Below are positions 1 through 15,759 of a DNA stretch of 64,000 nt, piece after piece. The stretch lies in assembly GCA_035298385.1 (NCBI GenBank), contig DATGYC010000244.1, positions 1,751 to 65,750 on the forward strand, read 5' to 3'. Source of the stretch: Symbiobacteriaceae bacterium (GTDB lineage Bacteria; Bacillota; Sulfobacillia; Symbiobacteriales; Symbiobacteriaceae). A model generated the notes under the pieces. The model worked only from the letters and a program-made list of their open reading frames with translations, did no database searches and was not told the DNA's origin. Position numbers and translations under genes: made by a program. The stretch's first letter is position 1, and each line of letters starts with the position of its first letter.

Positions 1-26
1 CGAACCAGCTGGTTAATCGTTGGCAC
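1..26 (-). CDS. rpsL: 30S ribosomal protein S12, first codons only (gene runs off the left edge)
   Basis: Reverse complement of 1-26 reads GTG CCA ACG ATT AAC CAG CTG GTT = (M)PTINQLV, the conserved S12 N-terminus. GGAGGTG Shine-Dalgarno at 36-42. Expected position after the L7Ae gene. Confidence 0.6.
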
Positions 27-85
27 GGAAATGCGCACCTCCTTCCGTAAGAGAACTGTCATAGGAAGAGATGGAGCGGATCGGG

Positions 86-337
86 TTAGCCATCAATGAT
101 AGCGGCTGTAGCAGCACCGACTTCGATGCCGCAAGCCTTCCCGAGCATCACCATCGAATCCACATAGGTGAGTTCCACGCCTTCGGCCTGGGCGATGCGC
201 AGGACGTCACGAATGACGTGCTCCTCTGCATCACGGGCGACGTAGACCGCCTTGGCGGCACCCTTCTCTATGGCCTTGGCCGTCTGCTTGGAACCGATGC
301 TTTTCTTACGTGCAGCTTTTAACCGCTCCAAGGACAC
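86..337 (-). CDS. ybxF: L7Ae-family ribosome-associated protein (YbxF/RplGB-like)
   Basis: 83 aa with a typical L7Ae/L30e pattern (GSKQTAKAIEKGAAKAVYVARDA...LGKACGIEVGAA). GTG start preceded by GGAGGTAAGG. Lies between rpoC and rpsL as in Bacillus. Confidence 0.8.
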   Translation of the reverse strand: MSLERLKAARKKSIGSKQTAKAIEKGAAKAVYVARDAEEHVIRDVLRIAQAEGVELTYVDSMVMLGKACGIEVGAATAAIIDG

Positions 338-433
338 CGTTCCTTACCTCCTGCCGAGACACACTTTCATATTGTACTCAGTAGGGTGGTGCCCGTCAAG
401 GCTCATTGCGCCTTGATCCGCGATTATGCGCAG

Positions 434-1036
434 TTACTGAGGCTTCACCGCACGGAAGATATGGTAGCCGGCCTCCCGCTCCACATCCTCGATGTTGCCG
501 AAGATCTCCTTCAGCTTCTTCTTCATGGAGGGGGCGCCCTGCTTCGTCTGAATGACGCACCAGTACTCACCGCCGGGTTTCAGCTGTGCGAAGGCGTCAT
601 CGACCATCTGGTAGATCACTTGCTTACCCGCACGGATCGGCGGATTAGTCAGGACCTTATCAAAGGTCAAGTCACGGACCGGGGCGAGTCCGTCACCCAC
701 CCGAACCTCAGCGTTGGTCACGCCGTTCTCGGACAGGTTGCGACGGGCCAAGTCCGTGGCACGCTCGTTGACATCAACCAGATAGACCTTACCCTCCGTC
801 GCCAGCTTGGCTGCCACAGTCCCAATCGGACCGTACCCACAGCCAAGGTCCAGAACGTTATCATAAGGACCTATCCGCATCGTGTCAATCAGTAAAACAC
901 TACCAAAGTCGATACGCTGGCGGGAAAAGACCGCTGCGTCCGAGGTGAAGGTCAGCGTAAAGCCGCGCAGAGTGACGGTGATCTGGGTCTCGTCATGCGC
1001 GGCCGTCGGATTGTTGGTGTAGTAATGTTCGCTCAT
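434..1036 (-). CDS. Class I SAM-dependent methyltransferase, RsmC/YbxB-like (16S rRNA m2G type)
   Basis: 200 aa. SAM motif I VLDLGCGYGPIG and N-methyltransferase motif NPPIRAG. GGAGG RBS 9 nt before the ATG. Confidence 0.75.
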   Translation of the reverse strand: MSEHYYTNNPTAAHDETQITVTLRGFTLTFTSDAAVFSRQRIDFGSVLLIDTMRIGPYDNVLDLGCGYGPIGTVAAKLATEGKVYLVDVNERATDLARRNLSENGVTNAEVRVGDGLAPVRDLTFDKVLTNPPIRAGKQVIYQMVDDAFAQLKPGGEYWCVIQTKQGAPSMKKKLKEIFGNIEDVEREAGYHIFRAVKPQ

Positions 1037-1152
1037 GGGGGATCGCCTCCGGATCTGAGCTCGCCCCCATCAGTAGGGTGCTCACCAATGCTACCGCGAA
1101 CTATGCGTCCCTGCAAGAGCATTGCGAGGGGAAAAATGTCTATGCGATGGTG

Positions 1153-1190
1153 CAAAAAGGAACCCGCCTAGCGATCGCCAGGCGGGTTCC
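1153..1190 (-). terminator. Rho-independent terminator after rpoC
   Basis: Hairpin GGAACCCGCC / GGCGGGTTCC (1159-1190) followed on the minus strand by a T-run (1153-1158), 7 nt after the rpoC stop. Confidence 0.7.
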
Positions 1191-1196
1191 TTTGTC

Positions 1197-4724
<3,528 letters not shown>

Positions 4725-4740
4725 GCTTCAGCAACCTCCC

Positions 4741-8628
<3,888 letters not shown>

Positions 8629-8931
8629 GCGGCCTTGGCCTCCTCACAGGTGTTTGGTGGCCATCAAGAAGCTTCCCGTCTGGAAGTACCCACCGCGGAA
8701 GCGCTCGATGATTAAATCTGAAACCCCTAACCAGGCTTTTAAATGACCCGGCAGGAGAATTCATACCCTAGAACGAAACATCTTGGATACAAGGGGAGTT
8801 GCTCCCAAAAGCGCGAGACACACCTTGTATTCCTCTCCGCCAAAACAACAAATTATGCGCCCACCCCTGGTCTTTTTCACGGAACCAGGTGCGGGCGAAT
8901 CCCATTTGTGTTTTTAGGTTGGCAAGGTAGC

Positions 8932-8960
8932 ATGATACCATGTCACCCAAGCATTGTCAA
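8932..8960 (-). promoter_or_regulatory. Candidate sigma-A promoter for rpoBC (about 300-nt leader)
   Basis: Minus strand reads TTGACA (8955-8960), 17-nt spacer, TGgTATCAT extended -10 (8932-8937). Confidence 0.5.
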
Positions 8961-9020
8961 GCACGCCACCTCCTTCGGACGGCGTGCTTTCTCGTTATCG
9001 TGGTAACTGTCGAAGGATGC

Positions 9021-9055
9021 AAAAAACGGGGTTGCTACCCGTAGGTAGCAACCCC
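9021..9055 (-). terminator. Rho-independent terminator after rplL
   Basis: 12-bp stem GGGGTTGCTACC / GGTAGCAACCCC followed by a T-run on the minus strand (9021-9027), 16 nt after the rplL stop. Confidence 0.75.
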
Positions 9056-9070
9056 GCCTTGAGGATGAGA

Positions 9071-9442
9071 TTACTTGACCTCGACCTCGGCGCCAGCTTC
9101 CTTGAGCTTGGCGGCAAGAGCCTCGGCGTCGCCCTTGGAGATCTTCTCCTTGACAGCCTTCGGGGCGCCGTCAACGACATCCTTGGCCTCCTTCAGGCCC
9201 AGGCCGGTCGCCTCGCGGACAACCTTGATGACGTTGATCTTGTTGGCGCCAGCAGCCTTGAGGATGACGTCGAACTCGGTCTTCTCCTCAGCGGCCGGGG
9301 CAGCAGCGGCCGGGCCAGCGGCCACGGCGACCGGGGCGGCGGCGGTAACGCCGAAGGTCTCCTCGAAGAGCTCCTTCAGATCCTTCAGCTCGAGGGCGGT
9401 CATACCCTTAATAATCTCGATAACCTCGTTGGCCTTCGACAT
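9071..9442 (-). CDS. rplL: 50S ribosomal protein L7/L12
   Basis: [22 protein letters not shown]...[44 protein letters not shown]. Start moved to the ATG at 9442, which has an AAGGAGGAT RBS; the tracked ORF adds 10 upstream codons. Confidence 0.95.
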   Translation of the reverse strand: MSKANEVIEIIKGMTALELKDLKELFEETFGVTAAAPVAVAAGPAAAAPAAEEKTEFDVILKAAGANKINVIKVVREATGLGLKEAKDVVDGAPKAVKEKISKGDAEALAAKLKEAGAEVEVK

Positions 9443-9510
9443 GTTGGTATCCTCCTTAAAATGCGTGAGCAATTGTCGCTAAGTAATCCGGAACGATCTC
9501 AACCAGTCGA

Positions 9511-10044
9511 TTAGGCCTCAGTCTCAACCTGCTTGATGCGGGCGTCGAGGGCGTAAGCGAAGGAAGAGAGCAGGCCGTTGACGACACCAACAACGCCCGT
9601 GAGGGGCGCCTGGATGCCAGCCAGGACCTGAGCGAGCAGGACTTCGCGGGACGGGAGATCGGCCAGGCCCTTGACGCCGTTGGCGTCGATGACCTTACCC
9701 TCCAGGATGCCCGCCTTCATAACGAACTTGGGCGCCTTGTCCTTGGCGAAGAAATCACGGATCAGCTTAGCAGCGGTGGCCTCCTCAGCGTTCGAGAACG
9801 CCAGGGTGGTGGTGCCGTGCAGGTACTGATCAAGCCCCTCGATCCCGAGGTCACGAGCAGCGATGCGAATGAGGGTGTTCTTGGCCACCTTCAGATCAAC
9901 ACCGTTGGCACGCAGCTCCTTGCGAAGCTTGGTGCTCTGGGCGACGGTCAGGCCCTTGTTGTCAGCCAGCACGACGCTCTTGGCGTTCTGCAAGGCCTCC
10001 TTAACCTGGGCAACAGAGAGTTCCTTTTCCGGACGGATCGGCAT
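9511..10044 (-). CDS. rplJ: 50S ribosomal protein L10
   Basis: MPIRPEKELSVAQVKEALQNAKSVVLADNKGLTVAQSTKLRKELR... Start at the ATG at 10044, which has an AAGGAGGTG RBS; the tracked ORF is extended upstream into the leader. Confidence 0.93.
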   Translation of the reverse strand: MPIRPEKELSVAQVKEALQNAKSVVLADNKGLTVAQSTKLRKELRANGVDLKVAKNTLIRIAARDLGIEGLDQYLHGTTTLAFSNAEEATAAKLIRDFFAKDKAPKFVMKAGILEGKVIDANGVKGLADLPSREVLLAQVLAGIQAPLTGVVGVVNGLLSSFAYALDARIKQVETEA

Positions 10045-10240
10045 AATAGTCACCTCCTTGCAAAGGAAATAAAAAACCTCCGACCGATGAGGCGGAGGTT
10101 GTCTTGCGAAGGCAAGCAACGATCAGGCCCCGAATTAAGGGGCTCTGAATCTCCGACCTCGGCGGGCTGGTCTTCCGACCATTTAGGCCCCGTGGGGCTC
10201 GCCTGCTGTCTGCGGCCGCTATTAGCTCTTGTTGAGCACA
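10045..10240 (-). promoter_or_regulatory. Probable L10 (rplJL) autoregulatory leader RNA
   Basis: About 200-nt untranslated leader between a strong promoter and rplJ, with several stems (e.g. CCTCCGCCTCATCGGTCGGAGG on the minus strand). The position matches Firmicute L10 leaders. No covariance model was run. Confidence 0.45.
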
Positions 10241-10246
10241 AGGGTT

Positions 10247-10275
10247 AGTATACACGGACCCCTCACTAGCGTCAA
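10247..10275 (-). promoter_or_regulatory. Candidate sigma-A promoter for rplJL
   Basis: Minus strand reads TTGACG (10270-10275), 17-nt spacer, TATACT (10247-10252). Confidence 0.55.
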
Positions 10276-10301
10276 GCGAAAGTAGTCGTGTATGTTCTTG
10301 C

Positions 10302-10329
10302 CACCAAACAAAAGGGGGGCGCTTCGGGG
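10302..10329 (-). terminator. Terminator after the 49-codon ORF (GGCGCC-type hairpin)
   Basis: Stem GGGGGGCGC / GCGCCCCCC (10306-10329) flanked by A/T runs on both sides, 15 nt after the small-ORF stop. Confidence 0.6.
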
Positions 10330-10343
10330 CGCCCCCCTTTATC

Positions 10344-10493
10344 TTACAACGGCTTCCGCTCCCGGCGGGTCTCCTCAAGCATCTCTTCCAGGCGGATCTT
10401 CTCCCTAAGCAGTCTGGCCCGCTCACCAGGCGCTGCACCGATCCACTGATCCACAATGCGCTCTAGGCGCACCTTCAGTTCACGCTCGCTCAT
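10344..10493 (-). CDS. Unannotated small protein, 49 aa (MSERELKVRLERIVDQWIGAAPGERARLLREKIRLEEMLEETRRERKPL)
   Basis: Below the 60-aa ORF-track cutoff and found by hand. GAAGGAGAG RBS 7 nt before the ATG at 10493. Mostly G/C third positions. Own terminator downstream and the rplA terminator upstream. Confidence 0.55.
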   Translation of the reverse strand: MSERELKVRLERIVDQWIGAAPGERARLLREKIRLEEMLEETRRERKPL

Positions 10494-10733
10494 TCATAAT
10501 CTCTCCTTCGGTTAGCTTTTTGTTATAAGGTTAGGGGTTACTTGAAGGTGTTGTAAAACCTGTAATGTCATCATACACGAATATGCATGAGAATAACAAG
10601 TCGGACTTTTTACCTATTACAGCTAGGGTTTTGGCCGGATGTGGAAGTTGGCCAAAACGTGAATCGCTTTCATAGCATGCCATTCGGCGCTTCTCTTTAT
10701 TAGGGGGCTTTGAAGTAATCTCGGTTTCTCAAC

Positions 10734-10767
10734 AAAAAAAGAATGACCTACACAAGGTAGGTCATTC
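10734..10767 (-). terminator. Rho-independent terminator after rplA
   Basis: Stem GAATGACCTAC / GTAGGTCATTC followed by T7 on the minus strand (10734-10740), 21 nt after the rplA stop. Confidence 0.75.
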
Positions 10768-10787
10768 TGCTGTATGCAAGTACAGTC

Positions 10788-11495
10788 TTACTTCTCCGTG
10801 CTGACGGTCAACTTGGACGGGTTGACCTTGATGCCCGGGCCCATCGTGGTGGAGATGGTGATGGTCTTCAGGTAGACACCCTTCGAGGTGGCCGGCTTGG
10901 CGCGCACGAGGGCGTCCATGAGGGCCTTGAAGTTGATGCCCAGGTTCTCGACATCGAACGAAGCCTTACCAATGGCAGCGCCAATGATACCAGCCTTGTC
11001 CGTGCGGTACTCAACCTTACCAGCCTTGATCTCCTTAACCGCGCCGGTCACGTCAAAGGAGACGGTACCGGTCTTCGGGTTCGGCATCAGGCCACGGGGG
11101 CCGAGGACGCGGCCGAGCTTACCGACCATGCCCATCATGTCCGGAGTGGCGACGGCGACGTCGAAGTCGAGCCAGCCCTCCTGGATCTTGGTGACCAGGT
11201 CCTCAGCACCGACGACATCAGCGCCAGCAAGCTCCGCTTCCTTCGCCTTGTCGCCCTTGGCGAAGACGATGACGCGGACGGTCTTACCGGTACCGGCCGG
11301 CAGCGAGACGGCGCCGCGGATCTGCTGATCAGCGTGGCGGACGTCAACGCCCAGGCGGACGGAGAGCTCAACGGACTCATCAAACTTGGCGGTAGCGGTC
11401 TTCTTGACCAGCTCCAGCGCCTCGGTCACATCATACAGCTTTTCGCGGTCGATAAGCTTGACCGCCTCAGCGTACTTCTTGCCATGCTTCGGCAT
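10788..11495 (-). CDS. rplA: 50S ribosomal protein L1
   Basis: 235 aa. [21 protein letters not shown]...[24 protein letters not shown], the typical L1 pattern. Confidence 0.96.
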   Translation of the reverse strand: MPKHGKKYAEAVKLIDREKLYDVTEALELVKKTATAKFDESVELSVRLGVDVRHADQQIRGAVSLPAGTGKTVRVIVFAKGDKAKEAELAGADVVGAEDLVTKIQEGWLDFDVAVATPDMMGMVGKLGRVLGPRGLMPNPKTGTVSFDVTGAVKEIKAGKVEYRTDKAGIIGAAIGKASFDVENLGINFKALMDALVRAKPATSKGVYLKTITISTTMGPGIKVNPSKLTVSTEK

Positions 11496-11589
11496 TTGAA
11501 GTGTTCCTCCTTGTGGTAGATAGATGTTCGGCCGTATCCGGAGCTCAGAGGCTCCCTACGACCTCCCACAAGCCCCTGTCGACGGTCGA

Positions 11590-12012
11590 CTACTCGCAGT
11601 CGACGCCCATCGAACGGGCGGTGCCGCGAACCATCATCATGGCAGCCTCAAGGCTGGCCGCGTTCAGGTCGGGCATCTTGATCTTGGCGATCTCCTCAAT
11701 CTGAGCCAGGTTGAGCTTGCCAACCTTGGTCTTGTTGGGGACGCCGGAACCGCTCTCAATGCCGAGAGCCTTCTTGATCAGAACGGAAGCGGGCGGGGTC
11801 TTGAGGATGAAGGTGAACGAACGATCCTCGAAGACGGAGATCTCAACCGGAATGATGAGACCAACCTGCTCCTTGGTGCGCTCGTTGTACTCCTTGCAGA
11901 ACCCCATGATGTTGACGCCGTGCTGGCCGAGAGCCGGACCAACGGGCGGCGCCGGAGTCGCCTTACCAGCCGGCAGAGCCAGCTTGACGATCGCGGTGAC
12001 CTTCTTCGCCAC
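11590..12012 (-). CDS. rplK: 50S ribosomal protein L11
   Basis: (V)[42 protein letters not shown]... GTG at 12012 with a GGAGGA RBS 7 nt upstream gives the canonical ~140 aa; the tracked ORF is over-extended. Confidence 0.93.
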   Translation of the reverse strand: MAKKVTAIVKLALPAGKATPAPPVGPALGQHGVNIMGFCKEYNERTKEQVGLIIPVEISVFEDRSFTFILKTPPASVLIKKALGIESGSGVPNKTKVGKLNLAQIEEIAKIKMPDLNAASLEAAMMMVRGTARSMGVDCE

Positions 12013-12160
12013 AGTGAATTCCTCCTTGCCAATGTGGTATGGCGGATGCCAGTGACATCCTCCCACTGCAGGAACAAGTGTTCCCGCATATCAAAGGGCC
12101 GCACTGGCGTGCGACCTTTGAGATTCTAGCACAAAACGCGCCGCGATAAAAGAGCCGGAC

Positions 12161-12691
12161 CTAGATCTCTTCGATCTGGGTGAAATCAACCTCAACCGGC
12201 GTATCGCGCCCCATGACCGTCACAAGGATACGAGCCTTGCCACGCTCCGGGAAGAGCTCCTTGATGACACCAGGCGTCCCCTTGAACGGACCCGAGACAA
12301 CATGGATCGGCTGATCGATGTCGAAGTTGACCACGTAGTTCGGGGTGCCCTTCTCATGCTCAGCGCCCAGGATCGCCTTGACCTCATCCTCAGCAAGGGG
12401 GATCGGCTTGTTGCCGGAGCCAACGAAACCGGTGACACCCGGGGTATTGCGGACGACGTACCAGGACTCGTCGGTCATGTCCATCTCGACCAAGACGTAG
12501 CCGGGGAAGGTCTTACGCTTCACCATCTTCTGCTTGCCGTCCTTGATCTCGATCTCATCTTCCATGGGCACGAGGACCCGGAAGATCTTTTCCTGCATGT
12601 CCATGGACTGGACGCGCTTCTCCAGGTTGGTCTTTACCTTGTTCTCATACCCAGAATAGGTATGCACAACGTACCAGTTTTTGGCTTCCAT
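12161..12691 (-). CDS. nusG: Transcription termination/antitermination factor NusG
   Basis: 176 aa. WYVVHTYSGYENKV N-terminal NGN motif and a C-terminal KOW region. Follows secE. Confidence 0.95.
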   Translation of the reverse strand: MEAKNWYVVHTYSGYENKVKTNLEKRVQSMDMQEKIFRVLVPMEDEIEIKDGKQKMVKRKTFPGYVLVEMDMTDESWYVVRNTPGVTGFVGSGNKPIPLAEDEVKAILGAEHEKGTPNYVVNFDIDQPIHVVSGPFKGTPGVIKELFPERGKARILVTVMGRDTPVEVDFTQIEEI

Positions 12692-12735
12692 TGCAGGGGG
12701 TCCTCCAAGAGGCCCCGCGCCACCTCACTTTTTGC

Positions 12736-12945
12736 CTAGCGATTCAGCAGCTTCTCCAGGCCAAACCCGAAGACCATATCCAGCCCATAGAGGAAGCTGG
12801 AGACGACGAGCACCATCACGACGACTACCGCTGTCAGGTTAGCTACATTGCTAGTGCTGGGCCAGACCACCTTCTTGAGCTCATCAACGACCTCACGGAG
12901 ATAGGAGCCCACGCGGGTGAAACCGCCCGAGATGCGAGCAATCAT
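12736..12945 (-). CDS. secE: Preprotein translocase subunit SecE
   Basis: 69 aa with SYLREVVDELKKVVWPS followed by a single TM helix. Canonical position before nusG. Confidence 0.9.
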   Translation of the reverse strand: MIARISGGFTRVGSYLREVVDELKKVVWPSTSNVANLTAVVVVMVLVVSSFLYGLDMVFGFGLEKLLNR

Positions 12946-13014
12946 CTTCTCCCCACCCTCTAGTCAGTACGTGCCCAACACAAATAAAGACTGGTGATAC
13001 CACCAGTTATCTGC

Positions 13015-13043
13015 ATCGTACCACAGGGCCGCATCTCTGTAAA
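13015..13043 (-). promoter_or_regulatory. Candidate promoter for secE-nusG
   Basis: Minus strand reads TTTACA (13038-13043), 17-nt spacer, TGgTACGAT (13015-13020). Confidence 0.35.
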
Positions 13044-13117
13044 GTCTGTGCGGTTTGTGTGTATGGTATACTTCGCTGAAAAGAAAGAAAGCGTACAGCT
13101 TGTTGCTGCACGCTTGC

Positions 13118-13193
13118 TGGCAGGGGCAGTAGGACTTGAACCCACAACCTACGGTTTTGGAGACCGTCGCTCTACCAGTTGAGCTATACCCCT
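13118..13193 (-). tRNA. trnW: tRNA-Trp (anticodon CCA)
   Basis: Minus strand AGGGGTATAGCTCAACTGGTAGAGCGACGGTCTCCAAAACCGTAGGTTGTGGGTTCAAGTCCTACTGCCCCTGCCA. 7-bp acceptor stem, anticodon loop CTCCAAA, GGTTCAAGTCC T-arm, encoded CCA. Confidence 0.9.
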
Positions 13194-13240
13194 ACGAAAG
13201 CCGTCGCATAGCTAAATAGACATGCGAACGGCATACTCAC

Positions 13241-13405
13241 TTAGCGAGTCTCCCGGTGGAGCTGATGGTTACCGCAAGTGGGGCAGAACTTCTTCAGCTC
13301 AATGCGGCCGGAGTCGTTCTTCTTGTTCTTATAGGTACCGTAGTTGCGCATCTTGCACTCGGTGCAAGCCATGGTGATGATCACCCGGGCGCCTGCCTTC
13401 GCCAT
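13241..13405 (-). CDS. rpmG: 50S ribosomal protein L33 (54 aa; below the ORF-track cutoff)
   Basis: Hand translation [54 protein letters not shown], with the CxxC...CxxC L33 zinc ribbon. GGAGGTG RBS before the ATG at 13405. Confidence 0.9.
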   Translation of the reverse strand: MAKAGARVIITMACTECKMRNYGTYKNKKNDSGRIELKKFCPTCGNHQLHRETR

Positions 13406-13448
13406 GCTGCGACACCTCCAATCGGGACAAAACTAATCACGCTCGTAT

Positions 13449-13477
13449 ACGTTACCATGCGTTGGACCGACTGTCAA
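13449..13477 (-). promoter_or_regulatory. Candidate promoter for rpmG
   Basis: Minus strand reads TTGACA (13472-13477), 17-nt spacer, TGgTAACGT (13449-13454). The -10 is weak. Confidence 0.3.
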
Positions 13478-13562
13478 CACAGTACACGACCTGTGCCGAC
13501 CGCATGCTCACAACCAAGGGTTAGGGGCGCCCCCTCCAGCGATAGGGGCGCCCCTGCGCAAG

Positions 13563-13607
13563 TGGCGCTGGCGACAGGAATCGAACCTGCAACCCCCTGA
13601 TTACAAA
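13563..13607 (-). repeat. Displaced 3' fragment of tRNA-Thr (att site, left island boundary)
   Basis: 45/45 identity with 19550-19594 (TGGCGCTGGCGACAGGAATCGAACCTGCAACCCCCTGATTACAAA on the plus strand), i.e. from the CCA end through the T-arm to the anticodon loop. Confidence 0.9.
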
Positions 13608-13802
13608 CAGTAACTATCCTTATTGCATCAGGGATGCACGGTGTTGAATGTCGCTAGGGCGCCGACAGGGGCGCCAAACCCAACGCCAGACCACTTTACT
13701 ACATTTCGCCGACCGTTTCATTGTAAGGTCTGCTAGTAGTAGCCGTCAATCAGTACCGCTAGCAGAGTTGGCCGATCTTACGACAGGGCTCGCATATCAA
13801 GC

Positions 13803-13830
13803 AAAAACCCCTGCTTCATTCGCAGGGGTT
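13803..13830 (-). terminator. Terminator of the island three-gene operon
   Basis: Stem AACCCCTGC / GCAGGGGTT followed by a T-run on the minus strand, 34 nt after the stop of the 67-aa ORF. Confidence 0.6.
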
Positions 13831-13863
13831 CGCATTGTGTTTGTGATTCCCGGAACTTGCAAG

Positions 13864-14067
13864 TTAAATGCTTTGAAGCTTATGGGCCACTTCCCTAAGC
13901 CTCAGAGAATTTTCCTTGATGGATTCTACGAGATCGGTAAGCCCGGAAATCGAGGGCGTCGATCGAAGCTGCTCATACATAGGCCGGTAATCAACCTTAG
14001 ATCGATCTGACGTTGCATCTGCCTTAATGTTGGCTTTGCCTGATGTTAGAGACACCATTTTGGCCAT
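13864..14067 (-). CDS. Hypothetical small protein, 67 aa (island operon, gene 3)
   Basis: MAKMVSLTSGKANIKADATSDRSKVDYRPMYEQLRSTPSISGLTDLVESIKENSLRLREVAHKLQSI. GAGGAGGGG RBS 6 nt before the ATG at 14067. The tracked ORF (to 14220) overlaps the upstream gene and was trimmed. Confidence 0.55.
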   Translation of the reverse strand: MAKMVSLTSGKANIKADATSDRSKVDYRPMYEQLRSTPSISGLTDLVESIKENSLRLREVAHKLQSI

Positions 14068-14095
14068 TCGTGACCCCTCCTCTATGCCCATGGTA

Positions 14096-14857
14096 TCATG
14101 GTTGCAATTGTCTATCAAGTCCGAACTGCAAGCACCACATGACGAACAATAAATTGGCCACTTGCGCCAGTAACAGTGCGTCGTCCTCTGAGAATTGTTT
14201 TTCCTTCGGGGAGTCAACATTTAGCACGCCGATAGGTGTACTGCTATTTGCTGGAACCGGGACACAAAGGACACTTGTGTAAGGGCTTTCGCTCTCGTCT
14301 TTGAACAGGCGATCTCGCCTTACATCAGCCACGATCACCGCCTGACGAGCTTGAAACGCAGTACCCACAGCTCCCTCACCCAATTTGAAGGTTCTACCTC
14401 GAAAGGGAGATGCGCCATCTGGAACATACGAGGCGTACGGCTCTATTAGGGTGCCGTTAAAGAGTAGGAACCTAGCTCTAGAGTTATCCTGGGTCGGCAG
14501 CAATGCTTGCGTGCCAGCCAGAACCACATCAGCAACCAAGGCCCTAAACGCTGAGTCTTCAAGGGGAGCTTTTTGCGCTACATCGGTAGTCAAACGTGCC
14601 AAGTCTCCAAGAACCCGCTGCTTATAAGCTAGCGAGTCTTGCGCCTGTTCAAGCTGGTCGATAATCGAAACCAGAGCATCAACCTGTTTCGAAAGCTTCT
14701 CCATCACTTCGAGAGCAGGCTTTCTATCGGCCCGGAACTCATCCGCACTTTGATTCCAATGACGCTGTAGGATTGTCACGAGGTAAAAGAGGGTCCCGGC
14801 CGCTATACCTGTCGCTAAGACCACGAACACCGAGATCAGTAAGTTATCCCTGCCCAC
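14096..14857 (-). CDS. Membrane-anchored GAF-domain protein (island operon, gene 2)
   Basis: GTG at 14857 with a GGGGAGAG RBS. One N-terminal TM helix (LLISVFVVLATGIAAGTLFYLVTIL), a helical linker, and a C-terminal GAF-like pattern GEGAVGTAFQARQAVIVADV...SVLCVPV...IGVLNVDSP...FSEDDALLLAQVANLL. Confidence 0.65.
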   Translation of the reverse strand: MGRDNLLISVFVVLATGIAAGTLFYLVTILQRHWNQSADEFRADRKPALEVMEKLSKQVDALVSIIDQLEQAQDSLAYKQRVLGDLARLTTDVAQKAPLEDSAFRALVADVVLAGTQALLPTQDNSRARFLLFNGTLIEPYASYVPDGASPFRGRTFKLGEGAVGTAFQARQAVIVADVRRDRLFKDESESPYTSVLCVPVPANSSTPIGVLNVDSPKEKQFSEDDALLLAQVANLLFVMWCLQFGLDRQLQP

Positions 14858-14868
14858 GCTACTCTCCC

Positions 14869-15381
14869 CTATAGGTACAGCATTAGCTTGCCTAAGTAGC
14901 CGACAGCGCCTACGACACAGGCGACAACAACAATCCAGGGATGCACAGTCTTTTGGGAAGTATAGCGGTACAATCCAAACATCCAAATAAAGAGGCTTAC
15001 GATGCCGAATAGCGCAGCAGTCGCCTCTGGGTTACGGAACAAGGTGGCCAGCACATTTTGATTGCCGGTTTTTCCAAACGCCGCTGTGACGTCGAAGCTG
15101 AGCGAAGCAAATACCATATCAGAGCCGAAGGTGCGAAGCTTCTCCGTAAGTGAGCCAGTAGGCCCAAAGGTAAGATGAGTTAGCATCTTGAGGAAAAACA
15201 ACAGAATCGACAGCCCTGTCGTAATTAGGCGGGACTGTATGTTGTTGTTGTTCGCGAAGAGTTCGACACCCAACCAGAGAAGAACCAGGAGTACGACAGC
15301 TACGAGAATCGTTAGAGCCAATTCCGCAATCCGGATTGATTTTGAGGTTGCTGCGTTTCCGGTCTGGTTTGTCGCTGACAC
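14869..15381 (-). CDS. Hypothetical polytopic membrane protein (island operon, gene 1)
   Basis: About 4 hydrophobic helices (ALTILVAVVLLVLLWLGV, GLSILLFFLKML, ALFGIVSLFIWMFGL, WIVVVACVVGAVGYL). GTG at 15381 has a GGGGGGA RBS. The tracked ORF extends to a TTG at 15441, so the start is uncertain. Confidence 0.55.
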   Translation of the reverse strand: MSATNQTGNAATSKSIRIAELALTILVAVVLLVLLWLGVELFANNNNIQSRLITTGLSILLFFLKMLTHLTFGPTGSLTEKLRTFGSDMVFASLSFDVTAAFGKTGNQNVLATLFRNPEATAALFGIVSLFIWMFGLYRYTSQKTVHPWIVVVACVVGAVGYLGKLMLYL

Positions 15382-15713
15382 CCTAGTCCCCCCAAAGATC
15401 GCGGTATGCACCATTATGCTATTTTGTGTTAAAAGGTTCAAGGTAGTTGCGGCATTTAAAATGGTCGATTAGCCATGCTTCAATCGACCTCCGGTTCATC
15501 AACGCACACTCCGGCTTTGACTTTAATGTCCGGCCATGTTGAATGTGTTTGACTCGGTAGGCAGTGTCAAAAGCCCTCAAAGCCTTGTGCTGCCTAGCAT
15601 AGAGGCAATGACAAAGCCGCTTTACATATCAATATCCAACTATTTTTATCGGAATTATTAAGGGGTGCATCTCAGTCGACGTGAAGGCGGTCAGAAAATC
15701 TCGGGGGTCTTCG

Positions 15714-15747
15714 AAAAGCAAAGAGCGGCTGCCACGGAGGCAACCGC
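15714..15747 (-). terminator. Terminator after the Cre-like recombinase gene
   Basis: 9-bp stem GCGGTTGCC / GGCAGCCGC, then TCTTTGCTTTT on the minus strand, directly after the stop at 15760. Confidence 0.5.
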
Positions 15748-15759
15748 CTTGGTTTAGTG

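Noticed and set aside
10001-10456. 151-aa minus-strand ORF spanning the rplJ start, the L10 leader and the small-ORF region
   Set aside because: It crosses a promoter, a terminator hairpin and the rplJ RBS. It is out of frame with the well-supported 49-codon ORF and has no RBS.
11496-11589. L1-binding autoregulatory site between rplK and rplA
   Set aside because: This is the plausible location, but I could not identify the conserved L1 23S-mimic motif by eye.
13640-13700. tRNA-like fragment (GGCGAAATGTAGTAAAGTGGT... on the minus strand) just inside the island
   Set aside because: I could not fold it into a cloverleaf: there is no acceptor or T-arm pairing. Part of it is better explained as the block motif shared with the other island end.
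13648-14010. 120-aa plus-strand ORF at the left end of the island
   Set aside because: It has no RBS, runs through the operon terminator hairpin, and is antisense to the well-supported 67-aa gene. The translation is Arg/Ser-rich noise.
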